In this document: one piece after another, positions 24,912 through 39,073 of the stretch
Layout: each line of letters begins with the position of its first letter
Position numbering within the stretch: position 1 is the first letter of the stretch
Origin: Octopus sinensis
Taxonomy: Eukaryota
Direction: 5' to 3'
Length of the DNA: 64,000 nucleotides
Assembly: GCF_006345805.1 (NCBI RefSeq)
Contig: NC_043023.1
Coordinates: 8,308,001-8,372,000 of the forward strand
The notes under the pieces: model-generated
Told to the model about the DNA's origin: nothing
What the model saw: the letters and a program-made list of their open reading frames with translations, nothing else
Databases searched by the model: none
Translations under genes and position numbers: made by a program

Positions 24912-25203
24912 GTATGTAAGTATGTATGTATGTATTTATGTATGTATGCATGTATGTATGCATGTATGTATGTATTTATGTATGTATGTATGTATGTATG
25001 TATGTATGTATGTATTTATGTATGTATGTATGTATGTATGCATGTATGTATTTATGTATGTATGTATGCATGTATGTATGCATGTATGTATTTATGTATG
25101 TATGTATGTATGTATGTATGTATGTATGTATGTATGCATGCATGTATGTATGCATGTATGTATGCATGTATGTTTGTATGTGTATGTATATATGTATGTA
25201 TGT
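24290..25203. repeat. About 0.9-kb (TATG)n microsatellite
   Basis: Direct reading of the sequence. Confidence 0.97.
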
Positions 25204-25204
25204 A

Positions 25205-25590
25205 TTCCTTTACTCTTTTACTTGTTTCAGCCATTTGACTGAGGCCAAGCTGGAGCACCGCCTTTAGTCAAGCAAATCGACCCCAGGACTTATTATTTGT
25301 AAGCCTCGTACTTATTCTATCGGATTTCTTGCCGAACCGCTTAGTTACGGGGACGTAAACACACCAGCATCGGCTGTCAAGCGATGTTGGGTGGGGGCCA
25401 AACACAGACACACAACACATACATATATATATATTTATATACGTCAGGCTTCTTTTAGTTTCCGTCAAGCAAATCCACTCACAAGGCTTTGGTCAGCTAT
25501 AGAAGAAACACTTGCCCAAGGTACCACGAAGTGGGACTGAAATCGGGACCTTGTGGTTGTTAAGCAAGCTTCTTACCACACAGCCACTCC
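25205..25590 (-). mobile_element. SINE family A
   Basis: Matches 805-1186, more diverged. Confidence 0.85.
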
Positions 25591-25629
25591 AGCGCCTATG
25601 TATAGAGTTGGTTAAAATATTTACTCTTT

Positions 25630-26005
25630 ACTCTTTACTCTTTTACTTGTTTCAGTCATTTGACTGTGGCCATGCTGCAGCACCGCCTTTAGTCGAGCAA
25701 ATCGACCCCGGGCTTTATTCTTTGTAAGCCCAGTACTTATTCTATCGTTCTCTTTTGCCGAACCGCTAAGTAACGGGGACATAAACACACCAGCATCGTT
25801 TGTCAAGCAATGCTAGGGGGACAAACACAGACACACAAACATATATACACACATATATATATATGTATACATATATACGATGGGCTTCTTTCAGTTTCCG
25901 TCTACCAAATCCACTCACAAGGCATTGGTCGGCCCGAGGCTATAGAAGAAGACACTTGCCCAAGGTGCCACGCAGTGGGACTGAACCATGTGGTTGGTAA
26001 GCAAG
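25630..26005 (-). mobile_element. SINE family A, head truncated
   Basis: Matches 805-1160. Confidence 0.85.
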
Positions 26006-26479
26006 CAAATTACCGAGAGAGACAGATAAATAGACACCCACGCAGGCATATACACAACGACACTTTTTGTTTTTCTGGGAGTCCCTTTTTAAAGTAGAAG
26101 AAATAGCTAACGTCTTTTGGCTGCTATTTCTAAACTTCGGTATGTGGTGAAGCAAATCTTTGCTGAACCCTAATTATTTAGTATTACTTAAGTTTACCAT
26201 GAAATGGTCCTTTTTTCATACCGAATTCTACTTGGTGAAATTATTGATTACTTCTTAATTAATTAATTTTACCCTTTGTTATTATTGATATTTAGATATA
26301 TATAGACAGATACATACATAAAAAGATAAATACATGCGTACACACGCAACATACATACACACACATACATGCATACTTACATACATGGATACATAGATAC
26401 ATATAGGTACATACGTACATATACACATACATTTATTGAAAAAAAGATGTACAGTCAGATATAAAAGTGACAGACAGAC

Positions 26480-26692
26480 AGAGATGGAAGTTAAATAGAT
26501 ACTTACAAACAGACAGACAGAGATAGACAGATAGATTGATACATACATACATACATACATACATACATACATACATACATACATACATACATACATACAT
26601 ACATACATACACACATACATACATACTTATATAGGTAGACACATAAATATAATATTAGATAGACACATAACTGCATAGAAAGATAGATAGAC

Positions 26693-26723
<31 letters not shown>

Positions 26724-26740
26724 TAGATAGATAGATAGAC

Positions 26741-26771
<31 letters not shown>

Positions 26772-26772
26772 G

Positions 26773-26827
<55 letters not shown>

Positions 26828-27120
26828 TAGATAGATAGATAGATAGATAGGTAAACAGATAGACAGACAGACATATAGATAGATAGACAGACAGAGAGAT
26901 AGATAGATAGATAGAAAGATAGATAGATAGACAGAGAGACAGATAGATAGATAAACAGATAGACAGACAGACAGACAGACAGATAGATAGATAGGTAGAT
27001 AGAATGATAGATAGATAGAATGATATATAGATAGAATGATATATAGATAGATAGATAGACAGACAGAGAGATAGTTTGACTGATAGATTGATAACACTGA
27101 AGTAGTGTCAGAGAGAGAGA
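26480..27120. repeat. (ACAT)n and (AGAT/AGAC)n microsatellite block
   Basis: Direct reading of the sequence. Confidence 0.95.
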
Positions 27121-28349
27121 CAGACCGATACACGGATTTATTCCATATTAAAACTGGCAATTGTCGCCCTCATCCCCGGCATCAAGAAGCACCCTACAAC
27201 AGAGGGTACCGGGTGTTTCAAAGAAGAAGGCCCATTTCGATCCTGGCAATCTTGTGTGAAGGGTTCCTCTCCCAGTATACAAATATACACTGACCCCTTA
27301 AAATATTTATCGGATTCTCATTTATGTGTAACTCTGATCTTTCACTACTTTGATGACATCAATCAATTGAAGCTAGTCAATCCCAAAAGCAAGTAGCTAT
27401 TAGTCTGCAAGTAGCTGGTCAGTCCCAGAAGCAACTAAAATTATTCTGGGAATTGCGAAAGAACACAAGAGAGAAAAAAAACCACAAAAGCAACTGATAT
27501 GAAAGCCAACACTCCCCAAGAAGTTTCTGTACAAGTCATAACTAATTGCTTAATTATGTATTGCGCATATATAGATATGTGTATATCTATCTTTCTAGTT
27601 ATCCATATGTATATTGATTGATTGATAGATAGATAGATAGATAGTCACACATACACACTCACACACACACATATTTATATATACATGTGTGTGTGTGTGT
27701 GTAACGATAAATAGACAGAAAAATAAAGAGATAGATAGAAAGATAGAAGCCATTCTCTCTTGTTCAAATTCTCTGAGGTCATTTTCTGCGAATAACCTAT
27801 CAATGACCATTTGCCATTAAAGAAACAGATGCATGCGCGCTCACGCACATTTTTATAGATTGCGGCTCCAAAGCTTCATTGTTCAGTTCGACATCGGAGA
27901 GTTCGGAATGGCTTTGTGAGAGAACATGTAAGTACATTACTTATATATGATCAAAAAATTTAAATTTTGTATTTCGTTTTAGTTGTGAAATTACATTTCT
28001 CATCAGCTCAAAGGAGATTTTTTTCAGTTTTAGAATTATTATATGCTTGCTAAAATTTGTTTTTTACTATAACGATTCTTTTTCTTATCTTACTTTGCCA
28101 CTGTGTTTTTCGCCGTTTTGTACAATTAAGTTCTCAAACACTTGTAATTACAACTCTGGAAAGAGGAAAAGTACTCCTCCAAAATTCTCTGATTTTTTAA
28201 TTATCGGTCATAAGACTCCTTAAGCATGCTGCAGAGGAATGACCATTAATGAAGTTAAATAAGTCAACAATTGTTTTGTATTCCATGTTTTTGCTCCTTT
28301 TCGTAATTAAATTTCTTTTTCTATGATTATATTCACATAAATTTAGTGG

Positions 28350-28870
28350 TGGTTGTTTGTGCTTGTATGGATCTCAGAGCATTGTTTTGCCACGATTCCT
28401 ATAAAGCTGCGAGGACGGTAGATTTTCTACCTTTATTTTGCTACCTTCAGTAATCGTAGGATTTCCTGAATGCCCTGCATAGTGGATTTCGTATGTTTCC
28501 GTCAGTTTCGGGACCGGTTCTCTGCTCCCCACAACCTCTCGCAATAGGTTCGTGGCTGCCACAATTAGCTCCCCGGAAATTGGGTATTCAAACATAATGC
28601 CCTTTTCTACTCTACCATTTTGTTGTGAAATTTCCCACGGTAAATCTCAGCCTCAACGAATACATGTGGGACATTGTTAGTCCAACTATGTCCGTTGCTA
28701 CTTGGGAGTTCTCCATTTCATTTAGAAGTAACTGGTAGGACACGCTTAGTTACGCTTTGTCGAGATCCAACCAAACAACAGAAAGTGAGTTGTTCGCTTT
28801 TACCTCATTGCCGATCACTGATGTGCTTTCGGGGTCATTCTGAGTAGACTAGGGCACCTCCCTTCACTTC
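28350..28870 (-). mobile_element. Decayed RLE-clade (R2/NeSL-like) non-LTR RT fragment
   Basis: rc reads LSVVWLDLDKA...SYQLL...RFTVGNFTTKW across stops and frameshifts, similar to the WLDLANAYGSVPH...RFT...TTxW segment of R2/NeSL-like RTs. Confidence 0.55.
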
Positions 28871-29650
28871 TGTGCATGATGTCCCTAGAAAAGGTAACCC
28901 TCCACCAGAAGAGAGGGATATTTCTTCTTGGGACATCATTCACAGATATTACTCTGCTCTCATCGCCTTGCGTACAGTATATTAATCTCCCGCGTGAACT
29001 TGAAGTTTATAAATGCCTTCCTTTGTCTCCACCTCTCCCTTTCCATGTATGTTTCTCTCCCTCTCTTGGTCTCTTTCTATTTCTCTTTGTCCCTCTTTCT
29101 CGCTCTCTTTTCCAATATGATTCTGTCGTGCGCAGGTGGAGCAGAATATTTCGTTACTCCGTGCTCAGTTGCTTTAAAACTAATTCATCTCGAAAGAGTC
29201 CAGAAGCTGGCTACCCGCATGGTTCTTGGTCACATGCATTTGTCTTATGAAGAAAGGCTGAAGACGCTCAACCTTTATTCTCTAGAAAAACGACGACGCC
29301 ATGGTGATCTCATTCTTGCTCACAACACCATAAACTGAAAGTGTAACCTCTCGAACGAGCTGTTCTTCACTCCTGCTCCAGAGCGTCGGCTACGGGGTCA
29401 CTCCGAAAAGCTCTATCTGCAACGATTTCATCTCAATCGAAGGAGAGGGGCTTTCTCCGTCCGGGTTGCGGATCCGTGGAATAAGCTACCGGACGAGACA
29501 GTGAAGATGCCGACGACTGGTCGGTTCACAGTCTCTCTTGACCAGAAATGGCCGGAACCCTTTGCATGAACACCATCCTGTACATAATTCCATGTCCCCC
29601 TACATGACCTTGCTTTTTGCGTTTTGAGCCAAAAAATTAACTTAACTAAT
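28870..29650 (+). mobile_element. CR1-type LINE 3' fragment nested in the R2/NeSL-like remnant
   Basis: LERVQKLATRMV...LSYEERLKTLNLYSLEKRRRHGDLI...LRGHSEKL...FSVRVADPWNKLP; short aacttaactaa tail. Confidence 0.85.
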
Positions 29651-30200
29651 TTTGTTCTTTCACTGTATGCTTCTTTCCACCATATTTAAGCTGTCTTTCT
29701 CTTTCCTCAATTCTGCCACCTGACGCTGATTCTTATGGAAACTGTCCTGCTTGTTGCTCTTGCTTTCCTTCAAGCCCAAATTATATTGGAAAGCCTGATG
29801 TACCAATTGCACCACGTTTCTTACCTTCCCGGTAGCGTCACCCTTCATAATGTTGTCCGGAATAATGTTCAAGCCATTGTTCAACCGGACGCTTCTAAGA
29901 TCTGTCGCTGGAGCTAAATTCACCCGTGGAATTTTTTTGTGGAGCCCTCGTCGCTTTCAAATTCTTCCCCTCTTCTTGTGAAGTAATCGAGTTAAGCAAA
30001 GAGGGCCTGGGCGTTGTGGTTTCACTTCTGACCCTAGTCGTCCTCCCCCTGAGAAGCAGTGCTAATACTAGGATGGGTGGTATAGTTCGTTGGTATACCA
30101 TTTGTCACAGCCGGCACCTGCTCAATGAATTCAGACGTAGTAGGGTCTACAAGTACAGCAATTCACTTGTTGGAGTTCATTGTCTGAGTTGACAAATTAT
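29650..30200 (-). mobile_element. Probable upstream part of the same R2/NeSL-like element
   Basis: rc peptide ...NQRQVAELRKEK... resembles the pre-RT region of such elements; collinear with 28350-28870. Confidence 0.4.
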
Positions 30201-32639
30201 ATTCTCCTTTTAATTCCTTTTGGTGGTATAATGGTTTAGCGTATAGCATATGAAAATCATGGTTCTTTTGTTTAATCGTTTATACGTTCTATTGTTCCGT
30301 TATATGCTAAACGCAGTTAATGTTTTTCTCCTTCAAAATGATTTTTCGAATTCTAGGATTGTTGCCTTGCTTCTATGCTTACATGATATCTGCTTTCATG
30401 ACACGGAATGTCTATTTATGTTTTCTCTGGATGCGATGATACCCACGGTTTCCGCTAAGCATAAGTTGCACACCCGTGTTATTCTCAGTTCTCCATCCGC
30501 TACTTCCAACTTTAGTACCATATAACCTGAAGAAATGATCGCATGAATATAATCCATCAGGTGTCCATGGTTATTACTGACTGTACTGTTATTATCTAAG
30601 GAACACGGAATAACCTTTTCCTCTCTATTTCATGCTATTCCAGTTCAAACATTTGAAATTACTATTCTGGAAACTGAAAAAATACTCCTTGAAAATTCTT
30701 TGTCATAACACATTCAACCATTCTATAAAGAATGTTCTTTTAATGAAGCCGAAAAAGACTACAATTTTTAGCATCTCATGGTTTTGTTCATTTTAGAACT
30801 TCAATTTCCTTTTCATAACTATATAAATTCTTGTTTTTAGTGTTGGGTGTTTGTGTTTGTATGGGCCTCAGTGTAGTGTTTTGCCATGGGGCGTACAAAG
30901 CAGCTCAGACGGCCATGTATGAATCGTTTTCTTTTCACTTTGCTTCATTCAATACTAATAGAAGTCCTCACAGAAATTCCGCACTTGCTTTGAAAACTAA
31001 ATGAACCATCTAGAAATACAATGTTATCAATGAAAATGCCATTTCCAGAGATTGGTCTAAATCAATTTTGGTGAGATGAGGGTCACTTTGGAAATCTGTA
31101 GGGTCATGTAAGGGACACATCAATGAAACTTAAACCAAAAGTAACGAAATGTACAAAAAATAAGTTGGCTATCCTTATTTATAATGAATGTTTTATTTCC
31201 TCCTATGCTATCTTAATAAATTAATAATGCTTTTGAAAAATAAAACTAAATCTAAAATAATAATTCATTTTGATCATTGAAGGTAGCCAAGTTATTTTTG
31301 TAACATTACCCATTATTATTGGTTTCATTTTGACTGATATTTAACTCAATATATCTCTAAAAGCTCAATTAATCGAATATAATTTGTTTTTAATTTTTTC
31401 TGTTAATATTTTACGACGTATTAGAACTTATTGTTCATTTTTTAAACAAAATATTTTAGATTGTTTCGTCATTAATGTTTTCAATGTATTATAATTACTT
31501 TTATTGTTATTTTCGTGTTATTAAAAGCAAATATAAATTTGTCTGACTGTATTTTTTAACATACCTTTTCCACATACAAAAATTTTAACTTACGACAGGG
31601 ATTCAGAACGTGTCACGGTTGGTGGTGCTATTTTGCAACTTCATCTTTCAGGTTGTCTATACCACCAATTTTTACCTACCTCTATTGAACAGCTGCTGTT
31701 ATTTCATCGTAGACTTACCATTATAATTTCCTGACCGTAAAAAAGTAAATGTAAAAAAAAGGTGGGAAAATAGCCAAGACAATAAAATATATAAACTTAA
31801 CGATCGTCAGCAGCAGCTACGCATATTAATCCAAAACACTCTCTATCCTCAGAAAATGCCTTGGACACTAATATTTGCAGACACTATTTCAATTAAGAAA
31901 AGTGAAAGTATTTTGTACTCAGGTTATATTCTCACAAAAAATATCCAATATGTCCCGGAACATTCAACTGTCCGGAGGAGCTTAGAAGAGAAACATTTCC
32001 GAAGAGAATGGTGAAAGAAATTCCGCTGCATTGGCAAAGACACATAGTACTGAAATTTTGTTATGCTTCGAAAAAGGGACTATCAGCTATCCCTTTTTAG
32101 GAACCAGTTACACTACTAAGTACATCTTCAGAAAATAGGGGCCACGTGTCAACCGAAAATACTGAAGATGAAGAATTACCATCAAGGGATCTAGGCCCAG
32201 CTATGTGGTTTTATGCCAGCACAAATATGTATCCACGTTCTTTCAGTCAAAATCAGTGATATGTGAAAGCAAGCAGGCCCCTGATTCCTACCCAGAATCT
32301 CGACTCCATTATTAGTCAGGTGAAGGAAAACCGGGTGCAACTGTCATTATTTTAATAATTCAATTCTTTTATACCATTGATGTTATTGCTGAGGAGCAGT
32401 TGATAAAGTGGCTCTTGTGCCACCCATCAAAGGGTGCCGTTTATTACTTTTACTGTACATTGATGTTAAGCCGATGAGACAGGTTTTCCAACGATCGGGA
32501 AAAAGCAAAGTAGAAAACGAAAACACTTAAGAAAAGTCAAGGCCCTAAACATTCTGCGTCGAAAACAATCATTAGTGTAGGGGTTTTCATGTTAACAGGG
32601 GCTTGGAAAAACAAACAGAGGAAAACAAGAAATATTGCG

Positions 32640-34140
32640 CCGTGTTGTAGCTGTCATAATATTTCTAGTCGAGAGAGGACTTGAATGTAGAATTAGGGAT
32701 GAGGTCATAGTATCTAAGCATATCAAGAACGTTTTGTTTTTGTTGGTGGGAATAATTTTAAAACTTATTGCCCAGTTTGAACCATTTGTGATGGTTCATT
32801 TGAAAGCAGTCGGCAATCTCAGAAGTGATAAGCAATCATATTACGTACCATTTACAAAGAAATTGGTCAGTCAGAATCTGTTAAGAATCATATTGAAACA
32901 TAATTTAAAGCTGCCAAGTATTTCTCAGTTTCTGCTATTCTATACTGGACCAGGCTCATGTTGACAAGCTAACAGTTACTGTGCATTATGCTGTTTCTGC
33001 GAAGCCGATAGAAAGTTTTAAACTTTTTTCAGACTGTTTCTCACAAAGTTGAAGTTCTACCTCTGTTAGAATTTCTTGAAAAATAATCAACATTGAAGAC
33101 TGCGAGAAGCAGTCCTATGACAGTACTAGTAATATGTTCCGTCAGCATATAGGACTGTGATTCAGACTTAAGACAAGGAACCAAACTACAATTTTCATTC
33201 ACCGTGTTGCTAATTCACTGAATCTTGTTGGACAGACTACAGCATCTTGCTACTTTGAAGTTGTTAACTATTTTGCATTCTTACTATGTCTAAACTCCTT
33301 TTCGTATCTGCCTAAATACAGAGAAGGAAAGATATAATGGAATGGATATAACTGCATTATTCAAAATCTACTGAAGAATATTGGAGATGATATGGAACAA
33401 ACACCTGAAGCAAGGTATGGAATACAGACAGTAGCAGAGAAAATGGATTGCCTTGAAACCGTTCTGTTGGTGAGAATCTGGAATATAATTCATCTACGGT
33501 TTAATAGTAGATATGAAGCTTTTCAAGGAGTTGAAGTAGATCTTGATAACGTGGTGGATCTAACTGATGTTTTATGAAACTTTCTGAAATCTCTTCGGAA
33601 TAGATATGGAGAATTGTCGCTGGATGCAATTGACATGTGTGAAAACACAGACCGTAAAGTAACAATAGGTTGGCTAAGGAAGAGAGACAAACATTATGAC
33701 CCAGAGGAATTTGTCCTTTCTGCAAGAGAAAAATTCGGATTCAGAATATTCAATATCATTTTAAATCCTTTTAAATCGGTTGATTTATAAAAACTCTGTG
33801 TAGCCTATCAACCAGTGTGTGACAAGTTCAATGTTATAGTGACCTTATGTAGTTTATCTGACACAGAAATAAGATGTGAGGCTTAAATCTCCTGAAATAG
33901 AAGAAATTGCCCAATTTGCAACCTTTGTAAGCTCAGCCCATATCCTGCCAGGCATTTTTTATCCACGTGAGGGGGCCTGCTGAAACATTTCCAAATATTG
34001 ATGTAACACTTCGAAATATATCTTGAGCCTGATGGCTACTGGTTGTTCAGGAGAGAGACAATTCAGAAAATTCGGACTGTAAATGGAGTATCTGAGAATC
34101 AAGAGGACTCAGGAAACAATGAGTGATCTGTGCTTTGCCT
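32640..34140 (+). pseudogene. Decayed hAT-superfamily transposase
   Basis: Across frameshifts: KAAKYFSV...HVDKLTVTVHY; EDCEKQSYDSTSNM...SLNLVG...SC..EVVNYF; C-terminal dimerisation motif TFPNIDVTLR..LSLMATGCSGER. Confidence 0.8.
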
Positions 34141-34419
34141 TTGGATGTAGAGAACAGAACAATTACTAAAGATTTTTAGGATATCAAAAAAGAAAGAAAG
34201 GTTTTTTTGTCGGAGTATACAATGGTGAGGTGGTAAAACCGGTTGTATTTAATTTCGATGGAAACATTTTGCATTGAGAGATTCATTTAAACATTTTATG
34301 TGTTTATTTGGTTAAATTCAATTACATTCAGTTGACAGGTTTCAGATGTCAACTTGGTTATTTGGCATGGATTGTAACTATTGGGTGTAAGGGATTCACA
34401 TAGCATAAAGTTCCCTGGG

Positions 34420-37070
34420 GCTACAAGGTTTCAATGAGACAGACAGGCAACACATAGTCAACAACAATGATGAAAAGAAATGGGGCGAGTGTGTCTCCCT
34501 GCAGGATTCCGACTTTGATTGAGAAAGATGATGTTTCTCCGTCAGGGGTTAGGATGGTTGAAGACGTATCTGTGTAGAGGACCTTGATGACAGAAATGAT
34601 TTTGTTTGGTATCCCATAGAGCTTAAGGATTTCAAACATCTTGTAATTGTCTACAGAATCGAACGCTTTAGAAAAGTCTACAAATACCATTGCAAGATCG
34701 CGATTAAATGCTTTTGATTCTTCAATAAGTCTGCGTAGGCATAGTATCTGGCTCAGCGTTGAGCGCCCATGTCTGAATCCATTTTGGTTCTTTCGGAGCA
34801 AAGGTTCAACAAAAAGGACAAGACGATTTAGAATCAGTTTGTTGTAGAGTTTTGCAGCAATTTACGTTAGAGATATACCCCTGTAGGTGGTGACGAGGGA
34901 TAAATCGCCTTATTTGGGTATTGGGATGATTTGAGACTGGTGACAAATCTTTGGAGCGACAAAGGTGGAAAGTGTGTGGTTGCAAAGGTTGAGTAGGAGT
35001 GTGTGAAATCTATCATCCTTCCAAATTATAGCTGGGATGTTGTCGGGACCAAATGCTTTAGAGGCTTTTAGTTGCTTGGTGGCTGCTGTTAGTTCAAATA
35101 TGGTAAAAGGGGTGTTGATGTCTAGCGTGTCTGATATAGGCACACTTGGAAGAGTGGGGTTATCAGGGATTTTGGCATTCTTCCCAAGAAGGTTTTTAAA
35201 ATGAGTTGACCAATTTTCTAAACGCTTCTTAGCTGATCCCCCTTTAATTCTAATTGATGACCCAGAATTTTTGCCTGATAGGTCTTTGATGGATTTTCAG
35301 GCGAGATGGTGTTTTTTACTAATGTGCTCTTTGGATAGTTTGCTAATTTTGCCATTGATAAAGTCGACCTCGGCGTTCAAGTAAGCCTCATCAAGATTCT
35401 TCTTGGCAACTATGAGTTGGATCTTCAGTGACTGGGATGGAGAACGGTGGTAAGCTAGTGATATAGACTTTAGATGGTTTCTGGCTTCGATGACATTTGG
35501 GGAATTAGAAGGTTTGCTCTGGCCCCTACTCTTCTTTTTGGGAAGAGTAGCCAGTGCAACTTCCTCTGTTGATTTGATGAGGCTGCTGTATACTTCTTCA
35601 ATGTTCTCAGCATCTATTTCAGAAGTAGACAAAGATTGAAATGTGTTATAGACCTCAAAAGTAAATTGTTTGGACATATCGGGGTTAGATAAGACTTCCT
35701 CCCAGTCGATCGTTTTCATCGGGTGAGGCTTAGCTTTTTTGGATGAGCGAAGACTAAGCTTAACGGTAGCTGATACAATTCTGTGGTCAGAGCCGACAGA
35801 ACTAAAGGAAGAGTAGGATCTCGAGTTTTTAACACTATTGCGCCACTTCTTTCGAAAGATGAGGTAGTCAGTTTGTGCCCTATCACCAAGTGGGGACTCG
35901 AATGTCCAAAGTTGACTTTTTGGTTTCATAAAATAATTGTTGGAGTTGTAGAGATTAAATTCCGCCAAGAAGTCTTTGAGCATTTCTCCGTTCCGATTAG
36001 TTTTAGAGTTGAAAGTAAACTTGGTCTCATCGGGTCCTAGTCTAGCATTCAGATCACCATCTATAACTAGAAAATTATGGAGAGGTACTTGCTCAATGGT
36101 TGAACGAAGGGTTGTATAAAAATTCTCAATCTCGTCTGCCACAGACGAATTATATGGGCTATACACACTTACCAATGTTGTTTTCGGGTTCCCATCTATC
36201 TCCAGCACCATAATTCTAGGTGAGATTGACTCTATACTCAAGAGAGTATCACTGGCTTTTGATGAAAGTAGAAATCCGATACCTCCAACCGTTGAATTAA
36301 CAGTATTCTTTGATGCTGAGGAGGTTACAAGTTGATAAGAACCGACTTGATGGTATTTGAGGATGTTGTCAGGGTGGTAAAATCGGTGTTCTTGGACAGC
36401 TATTATATCAATGCCATGTGATTCTGCATTTGCACCAAGTTCTTCTAGACGGCCGAGAGAACCGAGGGTGCGGGCATTGAAGGTGCTGAGTATCATATGA
36501 TTTTTAAAGCTGATGAGGTGTTTGTTTGGTGTTGTTTGGTTGGGAGCTGACTCTTCTCCATAAGGTGATATCCGTCTGTTAAGATTGAGGGCATCACCGT
36601 CAATGGATGCCCTTGGAGGTGCAACGTGATCAGAGACAGGACCCGGCAAAGCAGGGACTGGACCTACATCCGCAGGTATACCATTAGGTCTGGTTCCCTG
36701 GGGAAGAGGAACCCTGGTGCAGTTAATTGTAAATTTCAGTCTTTTCAAATGGCTAATAATGTGTGCGCGCGCCACTACTACACACATTGGAAAGCATTGT
36801 ACAACCAAGTACTAAAGAAGATCTTTCCTCCTCCATAAAACAAAGCTGTTCCCGCTGGACGTCAACCCAGTATTTCTAAGCTACGGACCGAGTCATTTAT
36901 TGTAAGGTTATCTCCCTAAACAGATTGCCTTCACTACGGCTAAGGAGCCCTTTCTACCCCACTGACACAGGTTGTACTGGTTTACAGTTTACCAGAAGTA
37001 GGATCCGATGCTGCATACATCAGACCTGACCTGACAAGGGCAGCCTAATAGCTTTTTGCTTCATAGGGCC
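34420..37070 (-). mobile_element. APE-endonuclease/RT LINE (RTE/RTE-X/Proto2-like), with 5' region present and 3' end truncated inside RT
   Basis: ORF 35297-36808: STFNARTL, IIAVQEHR, SVYSP, GDLNARLG, NRNG, TDYLI, SDH. RT pieces KAFGPDNIP, QNGFRHGRST, FVDFSKAFDSV, GILQGDTLAPFLF. Stops before the YADD motif. Confidence 0.9.
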
Positions 37071-38012
37071 AAGGGAGGGAGATAGAAAAAGAGAGGAAAA
37101 GAGATAAGAAAGAGAAGGGGAGAGAATAGAGATATCCGGTATTGGTGGTGGGGGTGGGTGAGGGCGGGCGCTCAGCGGACAAGGGACGGTCGGAATTAAG
37201 CAAGGGGAGAAGCGAATAATTTACTTAACGAAATTCTAAGAGATGGAGCTAAAACTATCCTTTCAGTGGTCATTGAAAATGGTTAGCTTACGGAAGAGAA
37301 ACAACAACAAGCTGTCAGTAATGAAAACATTTAAGGCAACTAACGGCGAGAGGAAACTAGGAATGGAAAAATGAGAAAGAAGAAAGAAGAAGGAGGAAAT
37401 GTTCTTAGCTTGGTGTCTCATCAGAGAAACAAAGAAGTATATAGATATAGGATAAATGTCTTAATGTAAGGGTAAATATGTAATTGCCAATAGCTTGCAA
37501 CCTTACACATGCTGCGATTGTTATTAACTGGTAATGGAACTGGCATTGACACTGATCAGCCCTCACACACGTATAGTATGTTTAATAACCTAACTCACGT
37601 GGAAAGACACAAACACACACTGTGAGAAATATAAACATTCATACAGTTAGACTCATACATTCACAGACAATTACCCAATCATATGCGAAAGGTGATGTCG
37701 TCGTCGAGGTTAGAGTTAAAAGTAAGTTTATGGAAGTGAAACAATATATCACATTACAATATAGATGTTATTCTTTCACTTTTATTCTTCGAGTTTTGAG
37801 AGGTAATACGGAATCAGTGCCAATGTTGCATTGTTTTAATGCGAAACATTTACATGTTGACACTCACGAGTTCTGATAGTATTATCATGTAGAGTTTGAT
37901 TTGGTTAGGTTGAGCCGTTTGTGAATGCGTTGGGAACAAAGAGAGAGACAAATGATTTTATATATACAGATGATTTGTGAGTGTGCGCGCGGGCATGCCT
38001 GTTCGCGAGTGT

Positions 38013-38065
<53 letters not shown>

Positions 38066-38332
38066 TTAAGGTGATAGGTCTCCAGTTTTTATTTCATATT
38101 ATCACTCATGAATGCTATAATCTATAACTATATTCTTCACTCTGATCGAGATTCAGTTTTCCTTTATTTTAAAATTATGACTTTGAAAGTAAGTGAAATC
38201 AAGGATAAATTCATCGCATGAAACAGGGACCAATATTTGTCCTTCGTAGAATTTGCAAAATGAATGAAATAACAATAGAGTGTCTGATATTTTGTATTTT
38301 CTTGTTTTACAGATTAATCTACACATGAAAAT

Positions 38333-38523
38333 ATGCTCCGGCAAAATCACCATTTTATGTTGACTTTTGTGTTGATAATGTACATGAGATTTCTTTTGGA
38401 GTCTCATGCTGTTTCAGACGTTTGCAGTATTCGTAAATGGATTTTTGGAGGTGATGAAGTAGACTGTAGAAATCTCAGTTTGACTTCTGTTCCACAAAAT
38501 ATTGGCCAGAACGTTAGTGCTTT
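38333..38523 (+). CDS. First coding exon of an extracellular LRR protein (signal peptide + LRRNT cap)
   Basis: MLRQNHHFMLTFVLIMYMRFLLESHAVSDVCSIRKWIFGGDEVDCRNLSLTSVPQNIGQNVSAL: hydrophobic leader and C...VDC..LT.VP..I LRRNT motif. Upstream acceptor ttttacag ends at 38312; donor TT|gtaagt at 38524 (phase 2). Confidence 0.85.
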
Positions 38524-39027
38524 GTAAGTATTGGACATTATTTTTTACATATTTGCCATATTCAATGATTTAAATTCTCATTTATTAGGTTGTAAGTAAA
38601 TACCTTATGGTGTTGATTTCACATCGTGAAACACCATGTTACATTCTAGTAAAGGAAGTCGATATATTTCTAGCTATGAAGTCAAGTAGACTGTTTTTCA
38701 GTACATATTGACTTATCTCTAATTTCCATGTCTAAGCGGTTGTACCGGGTTGTATTAAACAGAAAATTGTCTCACGAAATTCCGACTGAAAAGGTGACGT
38801 TCCTACTCCCACACTGTTTTCGATATTGATTGAAATTTGTGGTTTAAAAAAACTTTTTTGTTCCCAAACAACACTTATTTTAGTGCTGTTCACACCGCCG
38901 GATTGAAGGGCAGTGCCCAGGTGTCGAAACCATAATGGTAACCATGGGGTAGCTGATGATACAGGTATGTTGCATTGTCCCTATGGTTGTGGAATAGTAT
39001 TATAACACACATCCTTTTAATATAGAG

Positions 39028-39073
<46 letters not shown>

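Noticed and set aside
27120-27300. Tc1/mariner fragment (rc KHPVPSVVGCF; tacactg end)
   Set aside because: Too short and degenerate to support without a database search.
36900-37070. HDV-like ribozyme at the 5' end of the RTE-type LINE
   Set aside because: A tcctac loop-like motif is present, but I could not build P1 and P2; a covariance-model search would be needed.
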